The position numbers and the translations under genes are program-made. A stretch of 63,839 nucleotides of DNA, the filler included. It is 5 parts of 5 records of this genome, joined end to end, with 100 filler letters (N's around TTAATTAATTAA, not from the genome) between each part and the next. Parts side by side here need not be neighbours in the genome. Positions count along the whole stretch, not along the records: positions 1 to 6,104 come from SRR2962707_3455; positions 6,205 to 17,205 come from SRR2962707_3456; 3 more parts are not named here. One strand, written 5' to 3'. Numbering within the stretch: position 1 is the first letter of the stretch; every line of letters begins with the position of its first letter. Under the pieces are notes generated by a model. It had not been told where the DNA came from. It saw only the letters and a program-made list of their open reading frames with translations, and did not search any database. This document shows positions 1 through 12,400 of this stretch, in pieces.

Positions 1-215
1 CTCACTCACTCACTCACTCACTCACGTTCACTCGCGCACGTCAGCTCGTGCTGGGCGAGCGCCTGCCTCCCTATCTATTTTATTGCCTCACTTTTCCCGT
101 CGTTTCTAGTCTCTCGAGGCTCTCGAGGCTCTGTCTGTCTCTCCCTCGCTCGCTCGCTCGCTCGAGGCTTTCTCTCGAGGGTCTCTCGAGACTCTCCGTT
201 GAGGCTCTCCGTTGA
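1..215. repeat. Low-complexity CT-rich repeats ((CTCA)n, (CTCG)n, repeated CTCGAGGCT) at contig start
   Basis: ctcactcactcactcactca at 1-24, ctcgctcgctcgctcg near 145-164, and several ctctcgagg/ctcgagact units to ~190. Confidence 0.7.
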
Positions 216-421
216 TTGAACTTTTCGCTCTCAAAGTGAAGGTCCAGCGTACTGCCCTGCCTGGTTAGAAGATGGCTTGAGTGAATCGATGGGGGAGGAA
301 GCTGTGAGAGACAGGCAATGCGTTTATGTGTGATGTATGTATTTATTCATCTTTGCTTGTGACCTCGGATTTTGATTTGATTCGCGAATTCATTCATTTG
401 GCGCCAACTTTCTGGCGTGCC

Positions 422-2523
422 ATGGCAGCGGCCTGCGTCGCTTCGGAGCAGCTGACTCTGTTGGAAAAAGTTGGAAAAGATCTGGAGGCCACTCCCCTTG
501 CTGCGTGTGGTGCCGCTGTGGTTGAGGGACCCACTTTGATCCCAGTCGTGTGCTGGGAGGGGAAGGTACACCGACTCACGGACGAGGGCGTGCCAGCGGC
601 GACGCTGCAGAAAGTATCGCTTCTCGTTGACATTACTGTGTCTTGCCCCTCGCCTTATGGACATGTACACGATTCCAACTTTGACTTTGACTCTCAAACA
701 CACCGAGTTGAGTTGCTGTTTTGCTGCGAATTCCCACGGAAGATCCCAGAGGTGCGATTCCGCTCGCCGATCCAGCACTACTACCTGCACCCTGAGACGG
801 CGAAGCCAGGCCCGCTCTTCGAGCAGTTGTTCTGCAAGAATGTCGATGAAGCAGCGCCACCACACACCAGAGTTTGTTTTGGTATTGAAGCCACTTTAAA
901 GTGCATTCAGCAGCTTCTGGCTGGTCCCATAGAGCCTGGTTTTCTGCAGCTTAGTGGTGGAGCCAACGGATGTGAAGCCACGCGCGTTGGCAAGGACGTC
1001 GCAGCTTCCGCCAGCCCCCCCAGCGAGGTTAATGATGAAAAGAAGGACTTGCAAAACAAGCAAGAGCGTGAACGGCACCGCCAAGCCTTTTTTCACGTTG
1101 GAGACGATCATTTCGAAATGATTGCTCGAATTGCCGCTCTTAAAAAGTACCGAATTCACAACGAGCTCTACCATTGCGGCAGTCTCCGTTGCGCGGATCC
1201 AAGAAGCGATCCAAAGCAACCAGCGTGTTCGGATGCCGCATCTGAATCAAGTCCGCTGCACCATGTTGAATCTCAGACTCAAAGCACTGATGCATTGGAC
1301 GACTCCGCAAAATTCAGACCTTCGACAAGATCCTCTGCTGCATCCAATGCGACATCAGATTCCTACAACACTCAGAATGCTGGAGCGCCTTTCAAAACCA
1401 GCGAAATTTTCGACCCCGATGGCCTTTGGCTTGTGCCTGAGTTGCGCTGCGCCCTCGGACTCCACGTATCAACCAGTGACGGTGAAATAAAATCAGCAAC
1501 AGAAGCCGGTTCAGGTGCAATCGATTGTGTCAAGCTGCGCCAACTCCTTCGGTGTGAGGCCCCGGGGGTCTTTTCTTTTCCTCTCTTCACTGACTACTAC
1601 TGCCGGATTCTTGTCGAGGAACTGGATGCTATTGCAGCCAGTGGCGTACCTGTAGACCGGCCGAACAGCATGAATCAGTATGGTGTGATTCTTAATTTCG
1701 TTGGAATGCAGGGTGTATTCACCCGATTGCAGCAAGAAGTCTTCGGCCCGATCGCGCAAGTTTTGTTTCCTAACGTTGTTGGCGAATCCTCCGCTGTGAT
1801 GACCAGCACCAAGCAAGGTCATTCACAGAAGAAACCACGAATGGAAGACAAACCGTTGCCTTCAGAAAATTGGGGTTATTTTGACTCGCATCACACTTTC
1901 GTCGTCCAGTACGAGCCAGGAAAAGATCTGGGGCTGGATATGCACACGGACGCGAGCCACGTGACATTCAACGCCTGCCTCGGAAAGGAGTTCACTGGCG
2001 CCCCGCTTGTATTTTGCGGGGTGCAGGGAAACCCAACGCACCGGAAACAATCATTGACTTACGCGCATGAGCGCGGGCGATGCGTAGTTCATCTGGGCCA
2101 AAGACGTCACGGAGCACGGAACATCACCACCGGCCAGCGGCACGTCGCTTGTCTGTGCAAACGAGCAACAACTTTGACGATTTGAATGAAAAACTGGGTT
2201 TGCCGTGTTGGTAGTGTTTCTGACGTGATTGACATGTCTGCAGGTACAACCTGATTATGTGGTGCCGCAGCAGTGTGTATGCACAAACTACAGAATTCCG
2301 AAAGCGTGCTATGCTCCAGTCGCAAGAAAAGGAGCTCGGCCCTCCAGACTTGGTGTGCCTGTCGTACACACACGATCGCGATTTTGGTGTCTTCAAAGCA
2401 TACCCGCAGGGCAAAGAAAAGTTTGCGGAGACGGCGTGGTGCCCTCCCGCTCACGCAGCGTATGACGGCTGGCAAGACGCAACTGTGAAAGATAATGTAG
2501 CTGAGGCCGACGGTGCCCAATAG
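422..2523 (+). CDS. E2/UEV-like domain fused to OGFOD2/ICU11-type 2OG-Fe(II) dioxygenase (2 exons, ~665 aa)
   Basis: Exons 422-2139 and 2244-2523 total 1998 nt and stay in frame. The oxygenase motifs are PGVFSFPLF, RPNSMNQYGVIL, DSHHTFVVQY, HTDASHVTFNACLG (HxD) and HLGQRRHGA (distal His); the splice restores GQRYNLIMWCRSS. The N-terminal EFPRKIPEVRFRSPIQH...IEATLKCIQQLLAGP resembles the UBC fold. The start codon is uncertain (ORF opens at 326). Confidence 0.8.
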
Positions 2524-2716
2524 ACAAGAATGAGTTGCTGTTGCTCCGTTTCTGTGTTCACGAGCTCCTAACTGTCGAACCGCTGCGCGATTCACCACGC
2601 AACCATGCATATTCGAACAACTTTCCTCGACTTAATTTATTGTTTTTTTATCCGTGATTCGCTGTTCAGCACACACAGAACGAAAGTGACAGCACGCCAA
2701 ATTGCCGATATATGTG

Positions 2717-3080
2717 CTACTCGCGAAGGTCACCATCTACAAGCATACACAACGACACTTAAACGATGGTAAAGCAACCATGTTTGCTCCCCGCAATGAA
2801 AAATACGCAACGGCTTACGGTCACGGTGATCTGGGGCAGGGTTTTTCTTAACTTTGGCTGGATCTTCTGGGGCCGGTGCTACTTTTGGAGCTGGTACTGC
2901 TGCGTGTGGGGCAGGGATAGGCTTATGAACAGCAGGAACTGGAGGGTCTGTTGGCGACGGGCTTCTACCCTGAACAACCACAACTGATACCGGACCTGGG
3001 TGACTCGCAACGCTTGCTACTGCAGTTGGCCAGCCGAAGGCAACTGCACACAGGCAAACCATCTTAAGCACTCCGTTCAT
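2717..3080 (-). CDS. Putative small secreted Pro/Ala-rich protein (2 exons, ~93 aa)
   Basis: ATG at 3080 is followed by a hydrophobic signal-like N-terminus (MNGVLKMVCLCAVAFGWPTAVA) and a Pro-rich body. A GTAAGC...TAG intron at 2818-2737 joins in frame to a last exon ending HGDLRE-stop. No recognisable domain. Confidence 0.4.
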
Positions 3081-3559
3081 TCTGACCCAAACTCTGTCGT
3101 TTAACACGCGCACTTTTTGTTTCGTGACTGCGCCTCGCGTTCAATCTAACCGCTCGAAAAAAAGTAACTGCTGTTTCCGACCCCAACTTGAACAACCCAG
3201 TACATGTACATGCACTGGCTGGAAGCGTCGAATGTGTCGGTCAGAACCCCACGAACGAATGGCGTGGCACAACAGTCAAGCAGCGGAAAGTTGCTCATGA
3301 TGCGTGCGTGGGTGTGTTGTGTTGTTGGCTTTTGTGACAACGAGAGCGACAACTGACGACAACGAGGCAACCTCGCTGAAGGCGAGGGTCGCTTGCTACA
3401 AGGCTCCTCTGCCAGAATTATTGATCTTTAGGTAAGTCCTACTTTCCTATGTCTTGTTTAAATGCATCTTTCAACATTCCTCTTTGATGGCTAAAATATT
3501 CAATTCGTATGTGTCGTTAGTGCGATGTAGTACCTCCAGTTCTGTTCATGATCGCGGCA

Positions 3560-4090
3560 GAGCGCAGCGAGCTGAGAGACGAGAGAAGGAGACGAGAGAC
3601 GAGACGAGCGACGAGAGACGAGAGGCGAGAGACGAGAGACGAGAGACGAGAGGACGAGAGGACGAGAGACGAGAGAAGAGAGACGAGAGATGACGAGAGA
3701 CGAGAGACGAGACGAGAGATGACGAGAGATGACGAGAGACAAAAACAGAAGAGATGAGATGAGACACGAGATGAGACACGCGATGAGGCACGAATTGAGA
3801 CGGAAGGCAAGACGGGACGAGAGCCGAGACGAAACGAAATGAAACGAGGCGAGAGACCAGAGACCAGAGACGAGACGAAACCAGGCGAGAGACGAGAGAC
3901 CAGAGGCGAAGAGAGGCGGGCGGCGAGGCGACAAGAGATATGAGATGAAAGATACATGAGATGAGGCACGAATTGAAACGGCAGGCGAGACAAGAGACAA
4001 GGGAAGGCGAGACAAGAGACGAGACCTGAGACGAGACGAGGCAGGAGAGTAGACACGAATTGAGACGGTAGGCGAAACACGAGAAGAGGA
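3560..4090. repeat. Purine-rich degenerate (GAGAC/GACGA)n low-complexity tract with three copies of a ~25-bp unit
   Basis: Dense GAGAC/GACGAGA iterations; CACGAATTGARACGGHAGGCRARAC starts at 3789, 3967 and 4054. Confidence 0.85.
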
Positions 4091-4281
4091 TCGAGCCACA
4101 CATCGACACGCACATCCACATAGTTTCAACCTGGATGGAAACGCGCAATCTCCTTGCGACCGTCGTTCGATTGAAAGCCTGCTCGCAACCGCGTTCGTTT
4201 TTGTCTTTTTGTCTTTTTATTAGCTCTGTCTGCCTCTGCTTTTGCCCCCTTCGTTTCTGTGGCTCGCGCGCGGTGGCTGAC

Positions 4282-4838
4282 ATGGCGACGAGGGCCGGGC
4301 ATCCGCCCGCAGGAAGGCGGGCGCGTTACTTTGACCGTGTGCAAGCATCCAGAGCCGGCGTGTATGGCTTTGCTGGGTGGATCGCGTCTTTTGTGTTTTT
4401 TGGCGTTGTGATTTTGTGGGCATTTGTGCCGCGTGAGGTCCTGGACAAGCAGCTTGTAGTAGGAAGATACCTCCCCGATCGGTGAGTGCATGTTGTTGGT
4501 CCTACAGTTTCTCAATGATACGTCGAGGTCTTTGCGCACCCTCTCATTGTTTTGGCCCGGTGATTAGGTACTGGTTCCTTGCGATTCCATCTTTTCTTGT
4601 GTTTCTTTTTCTTTATGTTGTTGCGGTGTTTACGAGCTTGAATCTAATGAAAGTCGTCGATCTTGCGGACCGCCGCACGGTGACGGACTCCCACTCAATA
4701 CCACGCAGTGCAGCTGCCGAAGAAGTGTTCCAAGCCCAGCAAATTCAAGAGCACGGTCACACTGCGCCAATTGGGGACCTGCCTCTCGAGTATGTCAGTG
4801 ACATTCTATTCCCAGCACAAGGACGATCACCCAGATAG
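4282..4838 (+). CDS. PIGP: Phosphatidylinositol N-acetylglucosaminyltransferase subunit P (PIG-P/Gpi19), 2 exons, ~156 aa
   Basis: Exons 4282-4481 and 4568-4838 with a GTGAGT...TAG intron. The spliced protein has VYGFAGWI...LWAFVP...LPDRYWFLAIP...TVTDSHS...PIGDLPL, the PIG-P pattern with two TM segments. Confidence 0.88.
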
Positions 4839-5120
4839 CGAAGGCTGTGCTTGAAGTTCTTGAATAGGCACAACAGCGAAACTACGTGGTGCATGTATTG
4901 CCATCATTGGCAAGCAATCATCAATAGCCGCGAACAAGAAGCTGAAACAACGACGGGTCGTAGTTCACTTTACTTGCCGAATAATGAAACCATTGATTCT
5001 AGCATATAAAAAATATTATTGGTAACTTTCACTGGTTCTGTGGTTCTCCACAACACTATCTTGTGATTCAAGGAGTCAACTATAGCACAATCACAAAGAG
5101 TGACACGATCTAACACGTGC

Positions 5121-5942
5121 TCACAACTCGCCGTCCGAGGAGTCATCTTCCTCGAGCTCCTGCATCGTGATGTCAGGGTAGTCTCCCTGCTTCACATTGA
5201 TCGCCTTCAAGAACTTTCCAAATTTGTCGTCGCACTCGAAATACCGCACTCCCTTGACACTCCCGTCATTGTTTCCACAAGGTTCGTCCAGGATAACCCC
5301 AATCCACCACCCAGCGGCAAACTTTGTTTCGCCAATGAAAGCAATTTCTCCGCGCTTCGCACCGGGGAAAGTCTCGACGCGGGCGCCAACCGTGAATTTT
5401 GCAGCCTCTTCAGCTGTTGTTGCCGGCGTCGCTGGGGTGGCAGGGTTGCGAGGCATGGACTGGGCCACTGGTGGCTTCCAGTTCGGGTCTTTCGCCAATT
5501 GCTCTTTCTTCCACGCGCGCACGGTGCCTTGGCGCCTCTCGTAGTCTTCATCGGACATCACATACTTCTTGATAAGACTCACATCTTCGAGGCCGCCACC
5601 TTTGGCGAGTGAGTGCGGGTTCTGGTCCACCACTTTGATTTCATAACCGTTCTTCACTCCATAATATCCGAGCAAACGGTGACCCTCGTTCAGCTCGCAC
5701 AACACCTCACCACCTGCGCCCTTGAGGACCAGCACCTGCCACTCTGGGGAAGTTCCAGTGTGCCGGTACAACTTGTCCTTCACTTGGTCGATAGTAGCAG
5801 ATAGAGAAAGACGGATGTCGATCATGTTTGCCTTCAAGTAGTTGTGAGACACGTGGACCAACACGAGATCTTCAGCAAGGAACTCGTGCTCGTTGCCGTC
5901 TCCGACAACGTACTCCTTCAGCACGCGCATACTGGCGGCCAT
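5121..5942 (-). CDS. TBCB: Tubulin-folding cofactor B (ubiquitin-like + CAP-Gly)
   Basis: N-terminal UBL (TIDQVKDKLYRHTGT...LLGYYGVKNG), linker LEDVSLIKKYVMSDEDYERRQGTVR, CAP-Gly domain WIGVILDEPCGNNDGSVKGVRYFEC. Confidence 0.95.
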   Translation of the reverse strand: MAASMRVLKEYVVGDGNEHEFLAEDLVLVHVSHNYLKANMIDIRLSLSATIDQVKDKLYRHTGTSPEWQVLVLKGAGGEVLCELNEGHRLLGYYGVKNGYEIKVVDQNPHSLAKGGGLEDVSLIKKYVMSDEDYERRQGTVRAWKKEQLAKDPNWKPPVAQSMPRNPATPATPATTAEEAAKFTVGARVETFPGAKRGEIAFIGETKFAAGWWIGVILDEPCGNNDGSVKGVRYFECDDKFGKFLKAINVKQGDYPDITMQELEEDDSSDGEL

Positions 5943-6104
5943 GGCTGCAAGTTCAAGTGGTAGGTAGGTTAAAGCGTGGCCCTCGACTGCGCGACTGCGT
6001 TGTCAAAGCAAAAAACGAAACGAAAACAGGGAAACAAACAAAGGGCTCGGATCAAACGAAAAACGTAGTCCACATTCATTTTTCCGAAAACACCACACTC
6101 ACTC

Positions 6105-6204
6105 NNNNNNNNNNNNNNNNNNNNNNNNNNNNNNNNNNNNNNNNNNNNTTAATTAATTAANNNNNNNNNNNNNNNNNNNNNNNNNNNNNNNNNNNNNNNN
6201 NNNN
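6105..6204. other. Artificial contig-joining linker
   Basis: 44 N + TTAATTAATTAA (stops in all six frames) + 44 N. Confidence 0.98.
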
Positions 6205-6415
6205 CTGCTTCTGCTTCTGCTTCTTCTGCTTCTTTTTCTTCCCTTCTCAGCTATGGCACTGTTTCGAACGTGACCAAAGGCACTATTGTCACACTTGAGT
6301 GAGAGGCTCGCGCACTTGCTGCGCCTAGCCGCCGCTGTTGCTGCCTGGTTTTCGTGTTGGTGCTCTTGTATTTGCTGGAGTTGTGTTCCTTTGGGGAGTC
6401 CCTGCGGTGGAGGCA

Positions 6416-9400
6416 ATGAACTGCTTGGTGCTCCCCGCTGTGGAGGCGGCTCAGCTCTATGACAAAGTGTATCGATTGCTCGAGCAGCAGGTGGCTGGTC
6501 AGCGGCGGCTGGCCGTGCTGTGCTTCCTGCGCGATCTGTTCCGCCGCTTCGACCCCAAACAAGACGGCTTCGTCACCCCTCAGCAGTTTGAGTTTTTGCT
6601 CCAATACCACTTCCCACCGGCAGTTCACTCTATTCTGGGCCAGCAGTTGATGGAGCAGATTGTGGCAGGAATATCGAGGGAGTCGCAGGGCCACCTGCAA
6701 ATCCGCTACGACCTGTTTTGCCACGCCATCTGCTACCGCAACAGCGCGACGGCGGAGGCGCTGACGGTACTGAGAGAGCATGCCCGCTCCCAGGTGCGTC
6801 TTGGAAAGGTATTTCGGAACAACATTTTTGAGCCGGAGACGACTTACGATGCCTTCTTTTTTCAGAAGACGCGCCAGCTGTTCCTCTCTGAAAGCAAAAA
6901 AACCAATCCGGTGGTGACCAATAAAATGAAGTTTCGGGCCCTGCTCCGCGTGCTGAAACTGGGCTTATTCCCGAAACCTGCGCAGCGCAGCGTATTGGAA
7001 CTTATCAGCGTCGGCGAATCTTCTGGCACGGTGCTGGGGACACTTCAGGTGCTCATGGATCACGTCGATGACCTATTTCTCACGGTTGCCGCCCCGATTG
7101 CTGATGTTAGTATTTCTGCTGGTGAAGAGGATGAACTCACGCTTGCTCGGCGCAATTTCCACAGGGTACCAGTCGACCTGAATCGCAAGAACGCTCTGGG
7201 TGCGCCTTCGTGTGTGTACCTTTGGGTCAAGCGGCATGGCGTTGGCTGCACGAACCAGTTCTCTGTTGTTGACCTTGTTTGCGGTGCGCCGACTCCGGCT
7301 GCTCACGAAGACTACGCTCGGGTCACAGCGGCAACAGAGACACCAAAAGGTGCTGCCGCAGCTGCCGTACTTGGACTGTGGGTAAGGAAGCTACCTGGCG
7401 TGCACCTCAGCACAGTTCTTGACCTAACCGTCAAGTGCAGCGACGCTGGAATACAACCTGTTTTTCTGGCTCCTCCAGAATCATGGACCCAACATTTTCA
7501 GGCCTATGGTGTGCGGTGTTGTCTCGTTGATACGCGGCGGAAACGTCGAGATGCTGCAAAGAGCGACAGTGGCTCGTCTAGCGACAGTGATGGTAGTAGT
7601 GGTGGTGGCAGCAGTAGCAGTAGCGACACCGACACAAGCGGCAGCAGCGGTGATGGTGCCATTTTGAATGGAGAAGCGTCATCGGTGTCTGACTCCTCCT
7701 CCTCTTCGGCGTCATCACCGAAAGTGCAGAATAAGAAGGACAGAAAGTCAGAGAGCAGCACTAAAACGAAGCGCAAGACTAAGGCGGAAGATTCTGACAG
7801 CGATAACAGCAGTGACAGTGACAGCGGAAGCTCTTCCTCGAGCAGTAGTTCCGAAGATGAGTCGGCCTCGAAGCAGAAATCATCCAAGCGCGCCAACCCA
7901 GCGAAAAAACTCGCCTCGCTTTTTGACTCTGCTGCTGCCAAGGATGCGAGGGCGACTCAGAAGAAAAGGAGCCTCCGCGACTTAATCAAAGGAAACATTC
8001 ACAAAATTGCAAAGCCAGGCATGGAGCGCAAGCAACGCAACAATGCGAAAGCAGCTTCAAAAGCCACCAAACGCGACGCCAAGGTCATCGCTGGTAGAGC
8101 GGTATGTACCAGGCAACGAAGCGGTTTGCCTTTTCATGTGTCCCGGCCGGAGTCTCACTGACTTTGTTTTTTCTCTGCACGTTTTCGTTCTTTTCGGTTT
8201 TGAACATCTTTACTGTGTTTGAATGTTTTGCGGTGTGGCTTGCACAGAGCTTTCTTCCGCAACGATGCCGCGCCCTTTTTGTTGCAACGGGACGCAGCCA
8301 AAAAGGCTCATCTCGCAAGCGACGAACTTCCATGTTCAGTCCAACTGGACCTATTTCCTCGTCTGAAGATGAAGATTCCCTCGGGGACCCTCTGGATGGG
8401 GTTGTTCCGCGTCGTGGATTTTTTTGTGAGCTTCTATTGCGTCGTCGCGAAGACCCTCATCGGATCTCCATCTTATCCCAAATTCTTGGGTTGGTATCAG
8501 AGTTGCATCCTTCCGAAAGTGCCATGAAAAAGATCTCGACGCAGGGCATAGTTGGTTTACCGGCGAGAGTGGCAGCATTTCAGCGCCTTTTTCGGACGAA
8601 ACGCGGCGGAGACGATGTGATTGACTTCCGTGAGGGAATTGGGCAAATAAAGCGCCATGGTGCACTGCTAGAGTGAGTTTTGGTTATAACTGCTATGCGT
8701 TGCTTGCTTTGTTTGATTCTGTCCATAACTGCTTTGTTGGGTTCCCTTTCACGTCTTCACGTCGTGCGATGTCCAAGGTACAAGGATGCAGACATAGTGG
8801 CCGCTTGCACCCTTCTTTCTCCAAAGGGGTTTTCGTGTGCATTTCTTGGATCTCTCTTTGGACTGGGGCTCCCGACTTGCACGCCAGAGCGTGTGCAGTG
8901 CCTGTTGTTTCGAATCACTCAGGTTTCGTCAGATCATACGGAGACTGTGCGCGTGTTGCAGCAACTGCAAAGCGTGTGCCACCGCCTCTATGAGAAGGGG
9001 GGCGGGGATCGTCGCACAGCATGGAGCTGGAACCATCTCTTTGAAAGTGTTACTCGCCGCCGCATGACCAAACGACCGGGAGCAACGGTGAGCTTTCAAT
9101 TGGTCATGCGCTTGATAGCAAGAGGGGGTGTTCAGCCATCGTACAGGCAACGTGCCTGCACCTGTTGTTTTTACTTGTTGAGAATTGACGTTTCTTTGTC
9201 CTACGATGTCTCGGAAGGTTCCACGCTTGAAGTTATTGGACCGACTTCAAGGCGCCGATGCGGACTTGGAAAGGCTTTTGGCGCCGCTGCCGAAGATACA
9301 GTCAGCCCTTGTGACCAATGCCTTGGTTGGCACCACGTTTAAGCAGGCGTTGAACACTGCGACAGAGAATGCCGACACCCGGGCTGCCTCCATGCGCCAT

Positions 9401-12400
9401 AGCGCCACTGCCGACATTGAACTCGATTTTGCGTTCTTTACATCCGTGTTGGGCGAACCATTTTCATTGGAAATTGAGGATTCACGGTTCCAGGGTCGCG
9501 GTGGCAGTGACAGCGAAGCAAGCGCAGCATTCCCGCCTCTTGGAAGCTCGTCAAACTCATCCTCGTCTTCCTCAGACTCAGACTCCAGCCCAGATGCGTT
9601 TCGCCCTCACACACGCATCGAAGATCCTTTTACCACTTCTCTTATAAAAATGCGACGCACAGCGTCGCCGTTCCCTACCAACCGCGAGTTTGGGGAGTCC
9701 TCGGCCGTGCGTGGCCGCTTGGAAATTACGATCCTGTCGGCCCAAGGGTTATCTTTCCCGCGATCATTCAAGCCACCCTCAAGTTTTCAGGACGGTCACG
9801 AGGTGCCAGTGTTTGTTCGTGCGTGGGTTGAGCCGTTCATGCGTCGTGAGGACGCACTGGTGACCCAGCATGCTGCAAATGGGTCCCTCCGAGCCCCCAT
9901 TTGGATTCACCAAAGCAGTTACACAGATCGGCGTGCCACCACGCAGCGAAACTTGCTTATGGAAGTGCAAGCACATTTTCGGCCCCCTCGAACGCATAAA
10001 GAAGCTCAGCGCCAGCGTGACAGTTCCATAACCTTGTCCGCCCTTCGGACATCCCGTTCTTCTCGACGCAGAAAAAGCTTGCGCAAGAGCAAAGGCAGCT
10101 CCGTGAAGTACCGCAACAGCACAAGGAAGCAACCGAAGTACCAGCGACGAAAACGTGGCGACAGCAGCTCCAGTTCAGATTCTTCCTCCACTGACGATGA
10201 CGACGATGCGCTCCAGCCGATTCTTCGTGTTGAAGTCTGGGCAGGTGAGGACAGAGCTCACCTGCAAAGACGTCAGCAATCTAAAGACGCTGGTATCTCC
10301 AAGGTAGGCTTTAAACTTGTGCTGCTATGATTGACGTTGTCCGGATGCTGGTGCATCAAAGTTGCCTCACCTGCACCATTGTGCGAATGTGACTGCAGCT
10401 GCAGGGAATCATTGATTTTGCCCCTTTTTTCGATGACAACATCCAGACTCCAGCAGCCACCCTCTTGGGGACATGCTCTGCAATCATCTCGAGCGAAATG
10501 GCAGCAAGTGCGTTCGTCAAGACTCCTGACGGAGATTCTACCGCACTTAGCTGGTGTTCAAAGCCAGTCTCAGCCATTTTAGAGTTGCCTCTTCAATCCA
10601 ACCTACCGTCAGTTTCACCACCCAAGAGCTCCCGGCGCAACAGCAGTAGTCGCCGCGAGAAAGGTCCTGCCACAACGAGCAGCGAACTGCAAGTTGCGTT
10701 GAAATGGACACCTGGAGGCAATCCCGCCGATGCGGACAAATTTGTGGGATGGCTTCGCGTTGCGTTGATGCAAATTGACGGTGTCTCACCTACTTTAACC
10801 ATGTTGCAGAAGGCTGTTCGGTTGCGACCAAGTGGCCTTGGAGTGCGGACCTTGGACTCTTGCCAAGGACGTATCCGCTCCGGGTCGAGCGTGGCAACAG
10901 CTGGAGCTGGGGTTGGTCGAAGGCCTTCGCTGGCAGCGACTTTGCGTGGGGCAGCCGCCAACAGCTTTTTTGCTGTCCCGCACGCGGAAGCAGCTGTGCC
11001 ACAGGCACTGCCTGAACATCTGTCGTCAACATCAATGGCCTGGCCAGCTGGCGACGCTGCAATTGTGCAGTTCTTGGTCATGAACGATGGGCCCAAGAAT
11101 CCAGAGGGTGACACGACTTTGGTAGTAGAGATGTGGGGACGGCGGACAGCGGGACTGCACCAATCTCATGGTGCTTTCGGCCAATCGGTGCTCAAGAGGC
11201 CGGAGTTTGACCCAATGTCGACTGGGATAGCGGTTCCAGTTGAGAATGTTGGCGACGCAAATGTTTTGCTGGGGCTCGGCAGGCTAGATATTGAGCAGAT
11301 TTTGCGGCCGATGCAGCAACCGAACAGCTCTCGTTTAAATGGCAGCACTGCAGGAAGTGGCAAGAATGTGTTCCAAGTGCAGCTGCAGTCGCTTGATGGA
11401 ACTGGCTCTTGTACATGTCATGTTGGTGTGGTGTTTGAACCTGCTGGCCCGGAGGACATGGCGCTTGCACTCCGAACAGCATCTGTGCGGCCAGGAACCC
11501 CAGCTCGTGCCAAATTGACTTCAAATGACGGCCGCGCACAACGTCCAGCAAGTGGTGTTAGTGGTGGTCCCTTTGGAATTTTCAACAAACTTTCCCCTTC
11601 TAGGCTCGCCGCTCTTCGCCAGGGCACTCCGAAAGGTGCAGCTGCCGTGGATGGGAGCCATTTCTCTCTTGCACATATGCGGGCACGCCTAAGCAATGTA
11701 GACCCTGCGTCTTGCCTAAAATTCTGCTTGGAGGTGGACAAAAAAAATACTGGACATATCGGAGCGTGCGACTTTGAGGTTGTTCTTCAGCGCTGTGGAG
11801 TTGCGCTTCACAACGGAGAACTTGCAGCTTTGTACGTACTCGTTGCAATGTATCCCACCACATGTGAATGCAGATAGAAATGTGTTCATGCAGTTTGATC
11901 TTCTGCTTGCTTCGTTGCAGGTATCATCGACTGGATTATTCGAAGACTGGGTGTGTGGACTATCAGTTTTTTGGCGCCTTAATGCTGGGCCGTGAATTCA
12001 CCGAAGGGGTAGCTCGGACTCAGGCTACGCCTCACCACCCTCGTGACAAAGAAGTCATCAGCAATTTGCTACGACGACTGCTGCAGCATCTTGAACGCCG
12101 CGCGCATAAGCGCATGACAGCAGCGGCTAGATCTCTTGGAGGCACAAGAACTGCACCAGGAGCACCGACTCTTGAGCAATCCCAAATTGACGTTGAGGCA
12201 GAAGTGCAAAACATTTTTGCCACATACGATCGCACAGGCAGTGGTATAATGTCCGAGCGAGTCTTCAATAATTGCCTGTCCATGGTGTTCGGGGAAGCCA
12301 TTCGGCCAGACGACGTGACCCTCCTTCTCTCGACATACCGAAGCAGTGAAGATCCCGGTTGTGCTGCGTATCCAAGGTTTCTGCAACACCTTTTTTCTGG

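Noticed and set aside
3789-4078. Three repeats containing ATTGA(A/G)AC, reminiscent of a CRISPR repeat end
   Set aside because: Irregular spacing (178 and 87 bp), low-complexity spacers, eukaryotic contig, no cas genes.
3454-4283. Several 70-245 aa ORFs rich in S/R/L or E/R/D
   Set aside because: Translations of the GAGAC low-complexity tract, which lacks stop codons by composition.
6149-6160. TTAATTAATTAA palindrome recurring four times
   Set aside because: Synthetic six-frame-stop spacer inside N runs, not biological.
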